A stretch of DNA of 64,000 nucleotides from Clostridia bacterium (GCA_017397765.1 JAFQIB010000001.1:2936-66935), one strand, 5' to 3'; counted from the stretch's first letter, positions 34,622 through 45,704 are shown. The notes: generated by a model from the sequence alone, not told the origin. Numbers and translations: made by a program.

Positions 34622-36514
34622 ATGGCAATCAATATGGAAAAGGGCAGCGTATCCATCGATGCGCAGAATATCATGCCGGTGATCAAGCGCTGGCTGTACT
34701 CCGATCAGGATATCTTCCTGCGGGAGGTCGTGTCCAATGCCTGCGACGCGATCACCAAGTTCCGTATGAAGCACGGCGCGGATGAGGACATGCAGGTGCT
34801 TGTCACCGTCAACAAGGAAGAAAAGACCGTCACGATCTCCGATACCGGCATCGGCATGACCGCCGATGAGGTGCGCCGCTATATCAATCAGGTGGCCTTC
34901 TCCGGTGCGACGGAGTTTATGAAGCAGTTTGAGGGCGACGAGAAAAAGGGTGACATTATTGGCCACTTCGGCCTGGGCTTTTACTCTGTGTTTATGGTCA
35001 GCGACAAGGTGGAGATCGTCACCCTGTCCGCAGAGGAAGGCGCGGAGGCGGTGCATTGGGTTTCCGAGGACGGCATGTCCTTTGAAATGGGCGCAGGCGA
35101 GCGGGCGGCGCACGGCACGGATATCATCCTGCACATCAGCGAGGATGCGAAGGAATTCCTGGAGATGTACCGCGTGCGCGAGGTGCTGAACCGCTACTGC
35201 GGCTATATGGCCTATCCCGTGTATATCTTCGACGCCAACGCCAAGCCCTTTGAGCGGGAGGAGACGGTTGAAGGTCAGACCGATGCGGAGGGCAAGCCCC
35301 TCAAGCGCAAGGTGACGGTCGATCCCAAGCCCAGCCTCATCAACGAGACCGCGCCCCTGTGGCTGAAGAAGCCCTCCGACTGCGAGGAGCAGGAATATAT
35401 CGACCTCTATCACAAGATGTTTGGCTTTGAGGACCCGCTGTTCTGGGTGCATCTGAATGTGGATTATCCCTTCAACCTCAAGGGCATCCTGTATTTCCCC
35501 AAGCTGAAGAACGAATTCGGGGCCAACGAGGGCCAGGTGAAGCTCTTCTCCGGGCAGGTGTTCGTGGCGGATAACGTCAAGGAGGTTATCCCGGAATTCC
35601 TGATGCTCCTCAAGGGCGTGATTGACTGCCCCGACCTACCGCTGAACGTCAGCCGTTCCTTCCTGCAGAACGACGGCACGGTCAAAAAGCTCTCCGCCCA
35701 CATCACCAAGAAGGTGGCGGACAAGCTGGTCGGTCTGTACAACACCGAGCGCGAAACCTACGAAAAGTACTGGGACGATATCAGCCCCTTCGTCAAATTT
35801 GGCTGCATGAAGGACGCCAAGTTCTTTGAGGCGGTGAAGAAGGCACTGCTGCTCAAAACGACGGACGACAAGTATCTGACGCTCAAGGAGTACCAGGAGC
35901 GCAACGGCGAAAAGGCCGACAAGAAGATCTACTACACCAATGATCCCAAGCGTCAGGCGGCCAGCGTGGCGATGTATACCAGCCGCGGCATCGACGTGGC
36001 GGTGATGGAGCATCTCATCGACGGCAATTTCCAGTCCTTCATGGAGGCTTCCGGCGGGGAGGAGACAGTGACCTTCGCCCGCGTGGATGCGGATGTGTCC
36101 GGCCTGACGGAGGAATCCGACGAGGGGGCGGCGCTGGATCAGGCAAAGCTGGCGGAGATGTTCCGCAAGGCGGTGGATCAGGCGGAGCTGCCGGTGGAGC
36201 TGTCTGCGCTGGCAGATGCGGAGCTGCCTGCCATCGTCACCGAGGACGAGCAGATGCGCCGCATGAAGGAGATGTACCGCATGTACGGGCAGAGCTTCAT
36301 GCTGCCGGATCGGTATACGCTGGTGCTGAACCGGCGGAACAGCACCGTGCAGGCCCTGGCCGAGCGCGATCCGGAGGACGAGACGACGAAGCTGCTCTGC
36401 CAGCAGCTGTATGACCTGGCCCGTATGTCGGCCAAGCCCCTGGAGGCGGAGGAGATCACGGCATTCCTGAAGCGCAGCCAGCTGCTGGTCGCCATGGCGG
36501 CAAAAGTCAACTAA
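34622..36514 (+). CDS. htpG: molecular chaperone HtpG (Hsp90)
   Basis: Start at MAINMEKG after CAGGAGG. HATPase motifs YSDQDIFLREVVSNACDA and ISDTGIGMT, with GHFGLGFYS. Confidence 0.95.
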   Translation: MAINMEKGSVSIDAQNIMPVIKRWLYSDQDIFLREVVSNACDAITKFRMKHGADEDMQVLVTVNKEEKTVTISDTGIGMTADEVRRYINQVAFSGATEFMKQFEGDEKKGDIIGHFGLGFYSVFMVSDKVEIVTLSAEEGAEAVHWVSEDGMSFEMGAGERAAHGTDIILHISEDAKEFLEMYRVREVLNRYCGYMAYPVYIFDANAKPFEREETVEGQTDAEGKPLKRKVTVDPKPSLINETAPLWLKKPSDCEEQEYIDLYHKMFGFEDPLFWVHLNVDYPFNLKGILYFPKLKNEFGANEGQVKLFSGQVFVADNVKEVIPEFLMLLKGVIDCPDLPLNVSRSFLQNDGTVKKLSAHITKKVADKLVGLYNTERETYEKYWDDISPFVKFGCMKDAKFFEAVKKALLLKTTDDKYLTLKEYQERNGEKADKKIYYTNDPKRQAASVAMYTSRGIDVAVMEHLIDGNFQSFMEASGGEETVTFARVDADVSGLTEESDEGAALDQAKLAEMFRKAVDQAELPVELSALADAELPAIVTEDEQMRRMKEMYRMYGQSFMLPDRYTLVLNRRNSTVQALAERDPEDETTKLLCQQLYDLARMSAKPLEAEEITAFLKRSQLLVAMAAKVN

Positions 36515-36518
36515 CAAG

Positions 36519-36685
36519 GAAGCGGAAAAAAAGGGTCAAGGGGCGATGCCCCTTGCGCGGGTCCAGGGGCGGCGTTAGCCCCTGGTGGGGTACAGGGGCA
36601 ACGCCCCTGCTCCGTGCCCGCAGGCACTATCCCCGCGCGCCTTTCGAGAATCCGCAGGATTCGAGAAACAGCTCGTCCAGCCCCA
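36519..36685. repeat. GC-rich intergenic repeat, family R, copy 2
   Basis: GGAAGCGGAAAAAAAGGGTCAAGGGGCGATGCCCCTTG ... CCCCGCGCGCCTTTCGAGAATCCGCAGGATTCGAGAAACAGCTCGTCCAGCC aligns with 17419-17580. Starts 5 nt after the htpG stop. Confidence 0.8.
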
Positions 36686-36730
36686 AAAGGAAAAGACCTA
36701 TCCCCGCAACCCTACACCTGCATAAGGAAA

Positions 36731-36768
36731 GGACGCTGCTCCACCACGGAACAGCGTCCTGATTTTTT
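36731..36768 (+). terminator. Rho-independent terminator of htpG
   Basis: GGACGCTGctccaccacggaaCAGCGTCC followed by TGATTTTTT. Confidence 0.75.
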
Positions 36769-36824
36769 GCATACGCAGCATAAGCCCCTGCATAAGCGAG
36801 TAAGCCGCAAAGCAGGCCCTCTCA

Positions 36825-36876
36825 GCCGCCTGGCGGCGACAGCTCTCCCAGGGGAGAGCCCTTGGGGCTACTCAAA
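36825..36876. repeat. GC-rich palindromic unit (family P)
   Basis: GGCCCTCTCAGCCGCCTGGCGGCGACAGCTCTCCCAGGGGAGAGCCCTTGGGG is related to 18854-18906 (inverted orientation) and 12637-12683. Confidence 0.8.
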
Positions 36877-37062
36877 CAGCGTGCAGCCCATCTCCCGGAA
36901 CTCCTCGACCTTGCGCCGCAGCTCCTCCACCGTGACCTCAAAGCGCTCCGCCATGCAGCGGTAGCACAGATACTCCACCGCGCCCCGGTTGATGAGCTTC
37001 TTCGTCAGGCCAACCTCATCCCGGGTGAGGGACGCGCCGCACTGCCGGCAGAAATCAGCCAT
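36868..37062 (-). CDS. small CxxC protein, function unknown
   Basis: 64 aa with two Cys pairs (CRQC, CYRC). The start overlaps the GH27 stop by 8 nt. Coding-like composition. Confidence 0.5.
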   Translation of the reverse strand: MADFCRQCGASLTRDEVGLTKKLINRGAVEYLCYRCMAERFEVTVEELRRKVEEFREMGCTLFE

Positions 37063-38245
37063 GCTGCTTCACCAGCTTGCAGAGGTACAGCTTGCAGTCA
37101 TGAGGCTCCACATGGGGGTGGAAGCTGTCCATCACGGCTGCATGAGCTTCGCCGGTGAAAACGTCGGTCATCTGCAGGGCTACGCCGCCGGTGGCAGGCA
37201 GGCCCAGGTCGGCCAGCTCGACATGCACCTCCGCGCCCTTGTCCGCCAGGTTGGCGAAGAACAGCGCGAACTCGCCGTCGGACAGGTGGCGCAGGAGCAC
37301 ATAGGCACTGTCGGGAATGTGCTTCCAGTGGGGCTCGCCGGGCTGGGGATTGGGGTTGTCCACGCAAATGCTGTCGCGGCGGACCACATAGGGCGCGCGG
37401 CATTCCTCATCCTGATTGATGCGAAGGAGCGCCTTGTTCTGCATCAGCGCCTTGTATTCGGGGGCGAGGGTACGCAGATCGGCGCCCATCATCAGCGGCA
37501 CGCCGCACAGCGCCCACAGGGTGAACTGCAGACGGTATTCCTCGTAGGTGCAGACCTTGCCGATGCCCACATTGCCGTTGCCGCACATGCCGACGGTCAG
37601 CATGTCCATATCGTTGAAGCAGCCGGGGGCGCTCATGCACAGCTTGTCCAGCTGGGACTTGGCGATGTCGGTGAAGGAACGGTAGTTGTCGAAAATATCG
37701 CCGGTGGAGCGGTACATATGCGCGCCGATCTGCCGCATCCAGGTACCGGGCTCCTGCTGGCCCCAGTTGCAGGCGGAGAAGAGGATGTCCCGGCCGGTGG
37801 CCTTGAGCGCCATGGCCATGGTCAGATACCGGGCCTTGCAGTTGCCGGAGGAGGGGAAGTTGCAGTAGTCGTACTTGAGGAAGTCCACGCCCCAGTCGGC
37901 AAAGGTCTGGGCGTCGACAAATTCGTGGTCATAGCTGCCCGGATAGCCTGCGCAGGTGCGCGCGCCGGCGCAGGAATACATGCCGAACTTCAACCCCTTG
38001 CTGTGGACGTAATCCGCCAGGGCCTTCATGCCGTGGGGGAACTTCTCCGGGTCGGGGACAATGCGGCCGTCCGCGCCGCGCTGCTTCAGGCTCCAGCAGT
38101 CGTCGATGACAAGGTATTCATAGCCGGCGTCCCGGTAGCCTTCCGCAACCATAAAATCCGCCATCTGACGGATCAGCTCATCGTTGATGCGCCAGCCAAA
38201 GGTGTTCCAGGAATTCCAGCCCATCGGGGGCGTGCGTGCGATCAT
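37055..38245 (-). CDS. alpha-galactosidase (GH27)
   Basis: Start at MIARTPPMGWNSWN after AAGGAGG. GH27 motifs PPMGWNSWN, YEYLVIDDCW and DFLKYDYC. No signal peptide. Confidence 0.9.
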   Translation of the reverse strand: MIARTPPMGWNSWNTFGWRINDELIRQMADFMVAEGYRDAGYEYLVIDDCWSLKQRGADGRIVPDPEKFPHGMKALADYVHSKGLKFGMYSCAGARTCAGYPGSYDHEFVDAQTFADWGVDFLKYDYCNFPSSGNCKARYLTMAMALKATGRDILFSACNWGQQEPGTWMRQIGAHMYRSTGDIFDNYRSFTDIAKSQLDKLCMSAPGCFNDMDMLTVGMCGNGNVGIGKVCTYEEYRLQFTLWALCGVPLMMGADLRTLAPEYKALMQNKALLRINQDEECRAPYVVRRDSICVDNPNPQPGEPHWKHIPDSAYVLLRHLSDGEFALFFANLADKGAEVHVELADLGLPATGGVALQMTDVFTGEAHAAVMDSFHPHVEPHDCKLYLCKLVKQHG

Positions 38246-38426
38246 GGGAAGCAACCTCCTTGTGTATGGTGAGTGAAAGAATGAATCTGAATAATGATTC
38301 GTGATGTTCCCGGGGATTCCTGCCGGCAGGAGAGAATATGTTGGGCGCGTATTCCCGGGGATTTGCTTGCTTTTTGCGTTTCCTGTGTTATAATGAGCGT
38401 AGTATTTGTCTTTCCCAAGTGAATGA

Positions 38427-39962
<1,536 letters not shown>

Positions 39963-40067
39963 GAAATCCCATATCAGTGTCTGACGGGGAGGATGGGCTG
40001 CAGCATGTGCAGGTGTCCTCCCTGTCTGCGTACATACAATCAACCTATAAAAAGGGTGGCAATATTC

Positions 40068-41288
40068 ATGAAGAGAATGACCTGTATGCTGCTGGCGTTG
40101 CTGCTGAGCCTGCATTGCACAGCACTGGCGGAGGAAGAAAAGATGGCCTGCGACTATGAGCCCCTGAAGGAGCTGGCCCGGGATAACGGCTTTCTGATGG
40201 GCGCGGCACTGTCCTATAACCAGATGAACGACGAAACCTACCTGAATACGATCAAGCACCATTTTGACACCATCACGACGACCAATGAGATGAAGGCCTA
40301 CTCCCTGCTGGATCAGCGGGCCAGCCAGAACAGCCCGGACGGCATGCCGCGCATGAATTATTCCAAGGCGGATCAGATGGTGCAGTTCGCCAGCGACAAC
40401 GGCCTGAAGGTGCGCGGCCATGTGCTGGTGTGGGACGCCTACATGACGAAGTGGTTCTTCCATGAGGGCTATGATGTGAAGAATCCCGTTGCGGACGCGG
40501 AGACGCTCAAGGCGCGCATGCAGTCCTACATCGCCCAGGTGATGACCCATTTCGAGACCAAATTCCCCGGCGTGGTGTACTGCTGGGACGTGGTGAACGA
40601 GGCCATCGGCGACAGCGAAGGGGAGTATGAAGCGGATGATCCGAGCCACCTGCGCACGATGCGCTCCGGCAGCATCAATCCCTTCTATACCTACGTCGGC
40701 CCGGACTATGTGGCGCTGGCGTTCCGGTATGCCTGGGAGACAAAGCAGGCGCTGAATGCCGATATCCGTCTGTTCTACAATGATTACAGCATGTTCAATA
40801 TGAAGAAGCGCAGCGCTGCCATTGAGCTGGTGAAGAGCATCAACAGCTATCTGACGGATGAAAACGGTACGCCCATCCAGCTGTGCGACGGCGTGGGCAT
40901 GCAGGGCTACATCGGCGGCTACGGCACGCAGACGGGCTGCATGAAGCAGACCAATCTGAGCGATATCAAGCAGAGCATCCTGGCGTATGCAGAGCTGGGC
41001 GTGGAGGTTCAGATCACCGAGATGGCCGTGCGCAACTACCGGGCGGATCTGGAAATGGAGCATGGCGACTTCTACCGGCGGCTGTTCAAGATGTTCAAGG
41101 CCATCAACCGGAATCAGGAGACGCCGAAGCTGACCAATGTGGCCATCTGGGGCATGCTGGACCGGCCCAATGAGCCGAAAACCTCTTACGGCTACAAGAT
41201 GAACGGTACCCACGGCGGTCTGTTCGGCGAAAACTGCGCGGTGAAGGAGGCCTTCCGGCTGGTGCATGCTGAACTGAAGGCAGACTGA
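40068..41288 (+). CDS. secreted endo-1,4-beta-xylanase (GH10)
   Basis: Start at MKRMTCMLLALLLSLHCTALA (signal peptide). GH10 motifs RGHVLVWD, WDVVNEAI and VQITEMAV. Confidence 0.85.
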   Translation: MKRMTCMLLALLLSLHCTALAEEEKMACDYEPLKELARDNGFLMGAALSYNQMNDETYLNTIKHHFDTITTTNEMKAYSLLDQRASQNSPDGMPRMNYSKADQMVQFASDNGLKVRGHVLVWDAYMTKWFFHEGYDVKNPVADAETLKARMQSYIAQVMTHFETKFPGVVYCWDVVNEAIGDSEGEYEADDPSHLRTMRSGSINPFYTYVGPDYVALAFRYAWETKQALNADIRLFYNDYSMFNMKKRSAAIELVKSINSYLTDENGTPIQLCDGVGMQGYIGGYGTQTGCMKQTNLSDIKQSILAYAELGVEVQITEMAVRNYRADLEMEHGDFYRRLFKMFKAINRNQETPKLTNVAIWGMLDRPNEPKTSYGYKMNGTHGGLFGENCAVKEAFRLVHAELKAD

Positions 41289-41301
41289 GCAAATCAATGA
41301 A

Positions 41302-41336
41302 AAACAGGCAGAGCCCATGACGGGTTCTGCCTGTTT
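41302..41336. terminator. Bidirectional terminator (GH10 / suf convergent)
   Basis: AAACAGGCAGAgcccatgacgggtTCTGCCTGTTT. Confidence 0.75.
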
Positions 41337-41347
41337 GCGTGCAGGGA

Positions 41348-42265
41348 TTATTTGAGGAAGCCGTTGATGATCTGCTCCTCCGCCTCGGCCTCATTCAGGC
41401 CCAGGGTCATCAGCTTGATGATCTGCTCACCGGCGATCTTGCCGATGGCGGCCTCATGGATCAGCGCGGCGTCGATGTTGTTGGCTTCCAGCTGGGGGAT
41501 GGCCAGGATCTTCGCATCGTCCATGATGATGGCGTCGCACTCGGTGTGGCCGGTGCAGGCGGCGTTGCCGGTGATCTTGCTGTCAAACTTCTGATAGCTG
41601 TTGTCCCGGGCAACGGAGCGGCTGACCACGTCGGTGGAGGCACCCTCGCCGTTGAGGTTGACGAAGTAGCTGCTGATGGCCACCTGATCGCCGTGGGTCA
41701 TCAGGCGCTCGCGGACAACCAGGCTGGCGCCGGCGCCCAGATCAGCACGGGTCACGCGGTCGGTGTTGTCCACGCCTTTGATCTGCACCATTTCCATCTC
41801 CATGGAGGAGCCTTCCGCCATGGTGACCTCGGTGACGGGGTTGAGGATGCGCTTGCCACGGCCGTCGCCCTCGCCGTAGTGCTTCTCGACGTACTTGATC
41901 TTCGCATTCTTTTCCACAAAGAAGCGGTGGATGCCGTCATGCTCGGAGTCCTGCTCGCCGCAGTTGTGGATGCCGCAGCCGGCGACGATGACCACGTCCG
42001 AGTTTTCACCGATGTGGAAATCGTTGTACACGACCTCCTTCAAGCCGCTTTCGGACAGCACGACGGGGATGTGAATGCTCTCATTGACGGTGCCGGGCTT
42101 GATGTAGATATCAATGCCGGAGCCGTCCTCCTTGGAGACGATATCGATATTGGCGGTGGTGCTGCGGGCGGCAGACTTGCCGTTGGCGCGGATGTTATAG
42201 GCGCCGTGGGGCGTGGACTCCAGGCCCGCGACCTCCATCAGGATTCGCTTCTGGATCGCGTCCAT
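41348..42265 (-). CDS. SufB/SufD family Fe-S cluster assembly protein
   Basis: Start at MDAIQKRIL (ATG overlaps the sufC TGA). Beta-helix SufBD core with the C-terminal IHEAAIGKIAGEQIIKLMTLGL motif. Confidence 0.85.
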   Translation of the reverse strand: MDAIQKRILMEVAGLESTPHGAYNIRANGKSAARSTTANIDIVSKEDGSGIDIYIKPGTVNESIHIPVVLSESGLKEVVYNDFHIGENSDVVIVAGCGIHNCGEQDSEHDGIHRFFVEKNAKIKYVEKHYGEGDGRGKRILNPVTEVTMAEGSSMEMEMVQIKGVDNTDRVTRADLGAGASLVVRERLMTHGDQVAISSYFVNLNGEGASTDVVSRSVARDNSYQKFDSKITGNAACTGHTECDAIIMDDAKILAIPQLEANNIDAALIHEAAIGKIAGEQIIKLMTLGLNEAEAEEQIINGFLK

Positions 42266-43008
42266 CACTTTTCGCCTCCCTTCGTGAGCTGACCGCAGGC
42301 GCTGACGGCGGAAGAGGTGCCCAGCAGGGTGGGGAGGACTTCCTCCCGGGTGCCGTGGGCCAGGATGTTGCCGCCGCCCAGCACGATGATCTCGTCGGCG
42401 ATATTCAGGATGCGCTCCTGATGGCTGATGACGATGATCGTGCGGTCGGAATTGGCGCTGCGCATGCGCTCGAAGACCTCGATGAGGCTCTTGAAGCTCC
42501 ACAGGTCGATGCCGGCCTCCGGCTCGTCAAACACGGACAGCACCGTGCCGCGGGCCAGCACCGTGGCGATCTCGATGCGCTTGAGCTCGCCGCCGGAAAG
42601 GCTGCCGTTTACCTCGCGGTTGATGTAATCCCGGGCGCACAGGCCAACCTCGCTCAGATAGGCGCAGGCGTCGCCCACGGACAGCTTCTTGCCGCTGGCG
42701 ATGCGCAGCAGGTCGATCACGCAGATGCCCTTGAACTTCACCGGCGCCTGGAAGGCATAGCTGACGCCCATGTGTGCACGCTCGGTGATGGACTTCTCCG
42801 TCATGTCCGCCCCATCCAGCCAGATGGAGCCGCTGGTGGGCTTCTCGATGCCCGCGATCAGCTTGGCCAGGGTGGATTTGCCGCCGCCGTTGGGGCCGGT
42901 GATGACCACAAACTTGCCCTTGCCGACGGTCAGGGAAATATCATGGATGATCTCTTTTTCCGCCGATTCACCGGGAACGGCGAAGGAAAGATGCTTCAGC
43001 TCCAGCAT
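42265..43008 (-). CDS. sufC: Fe-S cluster assembly ATPase SufC
   Basis: GPNGGGKSTL, LSGGELKRIEI and SVFDEPEAGID. Confidence 0.9.
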   Translation of the reverse strand: MLELKHLSFAVPGESAEKEIIHDISLTVGKGKFVVITGPNGGGKSTLAKLIAGIEKPTSGSIWLDGADMTEKSITERAHMGVSYAFQAPVKFKGICVIDLLRIASGKKLSVGDACAYLSEVGLCARDYINREVNGSLSGGELKRIEIATVLARGTVLSVFDEPEAGIDLWSFKSLIEVFERMRSANSDRTIIVISHQERILNIADEIIVLGGGNILAHGTREEVLPTLLGTSSAVSACGQLTKGGEK

Positions 43009-43372
43009 TGGTAATTACCTCGATGATCTTTGAATCGGTGAAAATCACCAACTCTCATATTAACACAGGCTCGTCCTGTTTGTCAAGGAATCGACAAGCG
43101 CCCTGCCTGTCTGATAGAATGATACCCATTTTCCGGGTAAATGAAACGGGCCGAAAGCTGATGTCGGTCGGGCAGCGCCGCGTTTCCGGGCGGCGGGAAT
43201 ATCTGGCACAGGTACATTCATGTCTTGATTAAACCATGCAACTATGGTATACTGTTTCGGTAAAATTATGCAGGTTTTTCTGCTTCCGCTTTCGGGCGGA
43301 AAAGGGGCTGTCTGCACGGTTCATGCGACGGGCCGGGCATCGCCCGTCGTCTGCGATAGGAGGAATTTCCCG

Positions 43373-44269
43373 ATGAAACACACAAGAATTCTTGCTGCTC
43401 TGCTGGCTCTGCTGATGCTGGTGGGCTCCGGCAGCGCCTTTGCTGAGATCCTGAAGCTGCCCATGGATGATTTCACCGGCGGCACCAAGCCCCAGCGCCG
43501 GTATGAGATCGGCCTGATGGAATATGAAGATCCGTCCATTCTCGTGACCCGTCAGAGCGAGCGGATGACCCTGGCGGACGGCAAGGAGACCCGTATCTAT
43601 GTGCTGCGGGTGAAGATTGCCGATCCCGGTCAGCTGCGCACCACGTCCATGCAGGGCTTTGACAAGATCGGCCGCATCGGCGCGGTGGAGGTCATGTCCA
43701 ACCGCGTCAACGCTGTGGTGGCCTTCGGCGGCGATTACTACTGCGGCGACGCCAAGCGCTTTGTGCTGCGTCAGAGCACGGTGTACAAGGAGACCATGGG
43801 CTCCGATCTGGATCTGCTGCTGATCGATGAGGACGGCGATTTCAACATCATCCTCGCCGAGGAGCATCCCGAGGAGATGGACAAGACCCAGGTCAACGGC
43901 AAGAAGGTCGTCAACGCCCTGTGCTTCGGCCCGGCGCTGATCAAGGACGGCCAGAAGAACACCAACCTGAATTCCGCCCCCACCCACTGCAACCCGGAAG
44001 AGATGCACGAGCGCCTGGTCTTCTGCCAGATCGGCCCGCTGGAGTACATGGTGGTGGCCTGTGCCCACCGCGGTCTGACGCTGCCGGAGATCACCGATAT
44101 CATTATGACCCTGGAGCCCAATGTGCAGCAGGCCTATAACTTGGACGGCGGCATTTCCACCCAGCTGCTGTTCCTGGGCCGCCGCATCAACAACACCAGC
44201 CGTGCTCCCGAGGATAACCGCAAGCTGGTCGATATCGTGTACTTCGCCAGTGCTTATCAGCCGGATTAA
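43373..44269 (+). CDS. phosphodiester glycosidase (NAGPA/DUF2233) family secreted protein
   Basis: Start at MKHTRILAALLALLML after ATAGGAGGAA. C-terminal AYNLDGGISTQLLF motif typical of this family. Confidence 0.7.
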   Translation: MKHTRILAALLALLMLVGSGSAFAEILKLPMDDFTGGTKPQRRYEIGLMEYEDPSILVTRQSERMTLADGKETRIYVLRVKIADPGQLRTTSMQGFDKIGRIGAVEVMSNRVNAVVAFGGDYYCGDAKRFVLRQSTVYKETMGSDLDLLLIDEDGDFNIILAEEHPEEMDKTQVNGKKVVNALCFGPALIKDGQKNTNLNSAPTHCNPEEMHERLVFCQIGPLEYMVVACAHRGLTLPEITDIIMTLEPNVQQAYNLDGGISTQLLFLGRRINNTSRAPEDNRKLVDIVYFASAYQPD

Positions 44270-44284
44270 GGGAAGGATCGTACG

Positions 44285-45181
44285 ATGAATCTGCAATATG
44301 CGCTGTGGTTTCTTGGTTCACTGGTGATCTCCCTTGGCCTGTTTGCCCTCATGAACAGGGGCAAGAAGGGTCTTCTGCCCCAGTGCCTGCTGATGGGTAC
44401 CCTGGGGACGCTGCTGGGGCTGGTCCTTGCCAAGCTGGTATATTATCTGGCCATGATTGATTTCATGGTGATGCAGGGCTGGGCGAAGTCCCTGGTGGAC
44501 GTGACGATGGGCACCTTCAGCTATTACGGCGGTTTGGCCGGCTTCTGCCTGGGCGTTGTCCTGACTGCCCGGCTCACCCGTCAAAAGCCTATGGAGCTGC
44601 TCAATGCCTTTGCGCCGGCGGGGGTACTGCTGGCGGCGCTGGCCCGTTTCGGCGAGGGTCTGCTGGAGGGCGTGGGCATCCGGGATATGCTGTTCTGGGA
44701 GCATCCGGAGCATTGCTTCTTCCCCCTGGCTGTCTCCAATGAATACGGTGAGTGGCTGTATGCAGTGTTCATGCTGGAGGGTCTGCTCACCCTGGTCGTG
44801 CTGGCCCTCTGCCTGACGCTGTTCAAGAAGCACCGCTTCCTGCGCTCGCTGTTCTATCTCTGCCTGCTGCAGATCCTGTGCGAGAGCCTGCGCTCGGACA
44901 GCTTTACCTGGCTGTTTGTGAAGGTAGAGCAGCTGATGTGCATGCTGGGCGCCGTCGCGGTGCTGCTGGTCTATTGCATGAAGAGCCCTGGCGTCCGTCA
45001 GCGCTGGATGCCCATTGTATACTGCTTCCCGGTGGCTGCGGTGTTCGTGGTGCTGGAGTTTGCGCTCAATGGAAAAATTCCGCTGGGCAAGCCGCTGAGC
45101 TATGGCATAATGATCGCCGGGCTGGCCGTGATGAGCGTGCTGGAGGTCTGGGCCTACAAGCGCATGGCAGCCAAGCAATAA
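44285..45181 (+). CDS. prolipoprotein diacylglyceryl transferase (Lgt)-like membrane protein
   Basis: Polytopic protein. SYYGGLAGFCLGVVL, ARFGEGLLEGVG and EWLYAVFMLEGLLTLVVL resemble Lgt blocks (FHGGLxG, GRxGNxxNxE, QLYExxxEG). Divergent. Confidence 0.5.
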   Translation: MNLQYALWFLGSLVISLGLFALMNRGKKGLLPQCLLMGTLGTLLGLVLAKLVYYLAMIDFMVMQGWAKSLVDVTMGTFSYYGGLAGFCLGVVLTARLTRQKPMELLNAFAPAGVLLAALARFGEGLLEGVGIRDMLFWEHPEHCFFPLAVSNEYGEWLYAVFMLEGLLTLVVLALCLTLFKKHRFLRSLFYLCLLQILCESLRSDSFTWLFVKVEQLMCMLGAVAVLLVYCMKSPGVRQRWMPIVYCFPVAAVFVVLEFALNGKIPLGKPLSYGIMIAGLAVMSVLEVWAYKRMAAKQ

Positions 45182-45264
45182 GCTGGTTTCCATGATGTGT
45201 CAGTTTACCTATCCGCGATGCGGGTAAAGCTGCTCTGCAGGACAGCTGCCTGAGCATCCGGATC

Positions 45265-45306
45265 GCAGCGGGAGAGGCTGAAATCGCTCTCCCGCTGCTT
45301 TTCTTT
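45265..45306 (+). terminator. Rho-independent terminator
   Basis: GCAGCGGGAGAGgctgaaatcgCTCTCCCGCTGC followed by TTTTCTTT. Confidence 0.8.
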
Positions 45307-45310
45307 GCAA

Positions 45311-45704
45311 AAGCCGCTTCGCACATGCTGCGAAGCGGGTCAGACCATCAACAAACCCTGGGAGGTGTCGGAGGGCTCGCAAGCCCTCCGACTCTACATC
45401 GAAAATCGGCGAGCCCCATTGGGGAGGTTAAACGGGGCGAAGCCCCTGCGCGGCGATTTTCGTGCTTTTCCGTCAGGAAAAGCTTCCTTACACGAACGAA
45501 CGGCCGGGAGACCGACTTGTCGTTGCACGAGGGAGGCGCTCGCGCCGACTAGCGAGAGCAAATGCTTGCATTTGCCGAGCATAGCCAGCGCCGGGCTTGT
45601 CCCGGTGATGGCCGAGTGACCAGTGAGTGAGTGCAAAGCCTCGACAAAGTGCCTAAAGCACTTTGTCGATACGCTGAAGCCGCTTCGCACATGCTGCGAA
45701 GCGG
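45311..45704. mobile_element. MITE-like structured element (338-bp body) flanked by a 28-bp direct duplication of a terminator hairpin
   Basis: Identical 28-mers AAGCCGCTTCGCACATGCTGCGAAGCGG sit at 45311-45338 and 45677-45704. Body ends form imperfect inverted repeats (TCAGACCATCAACAAAC vs rc TCAGCGTATCGACAAAG). Both body ends align with the element at 54603-54815. No coding capacity. Confidence 0.6.

Noticed and set aside
43254-43372. A structured ~120-nt leader upstream of the phosphodiester glycosidase gene (hairpins TTCCGCtttcggGCGGAA and GACGGGCcgggcatcGCCCGTC).
   Set aside because: There is no terminator or RBS-sequestering alternative, and it resembles no riboswitch class I can recall. 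It may simply be a 5' UTR. I left it unreported as a feature.
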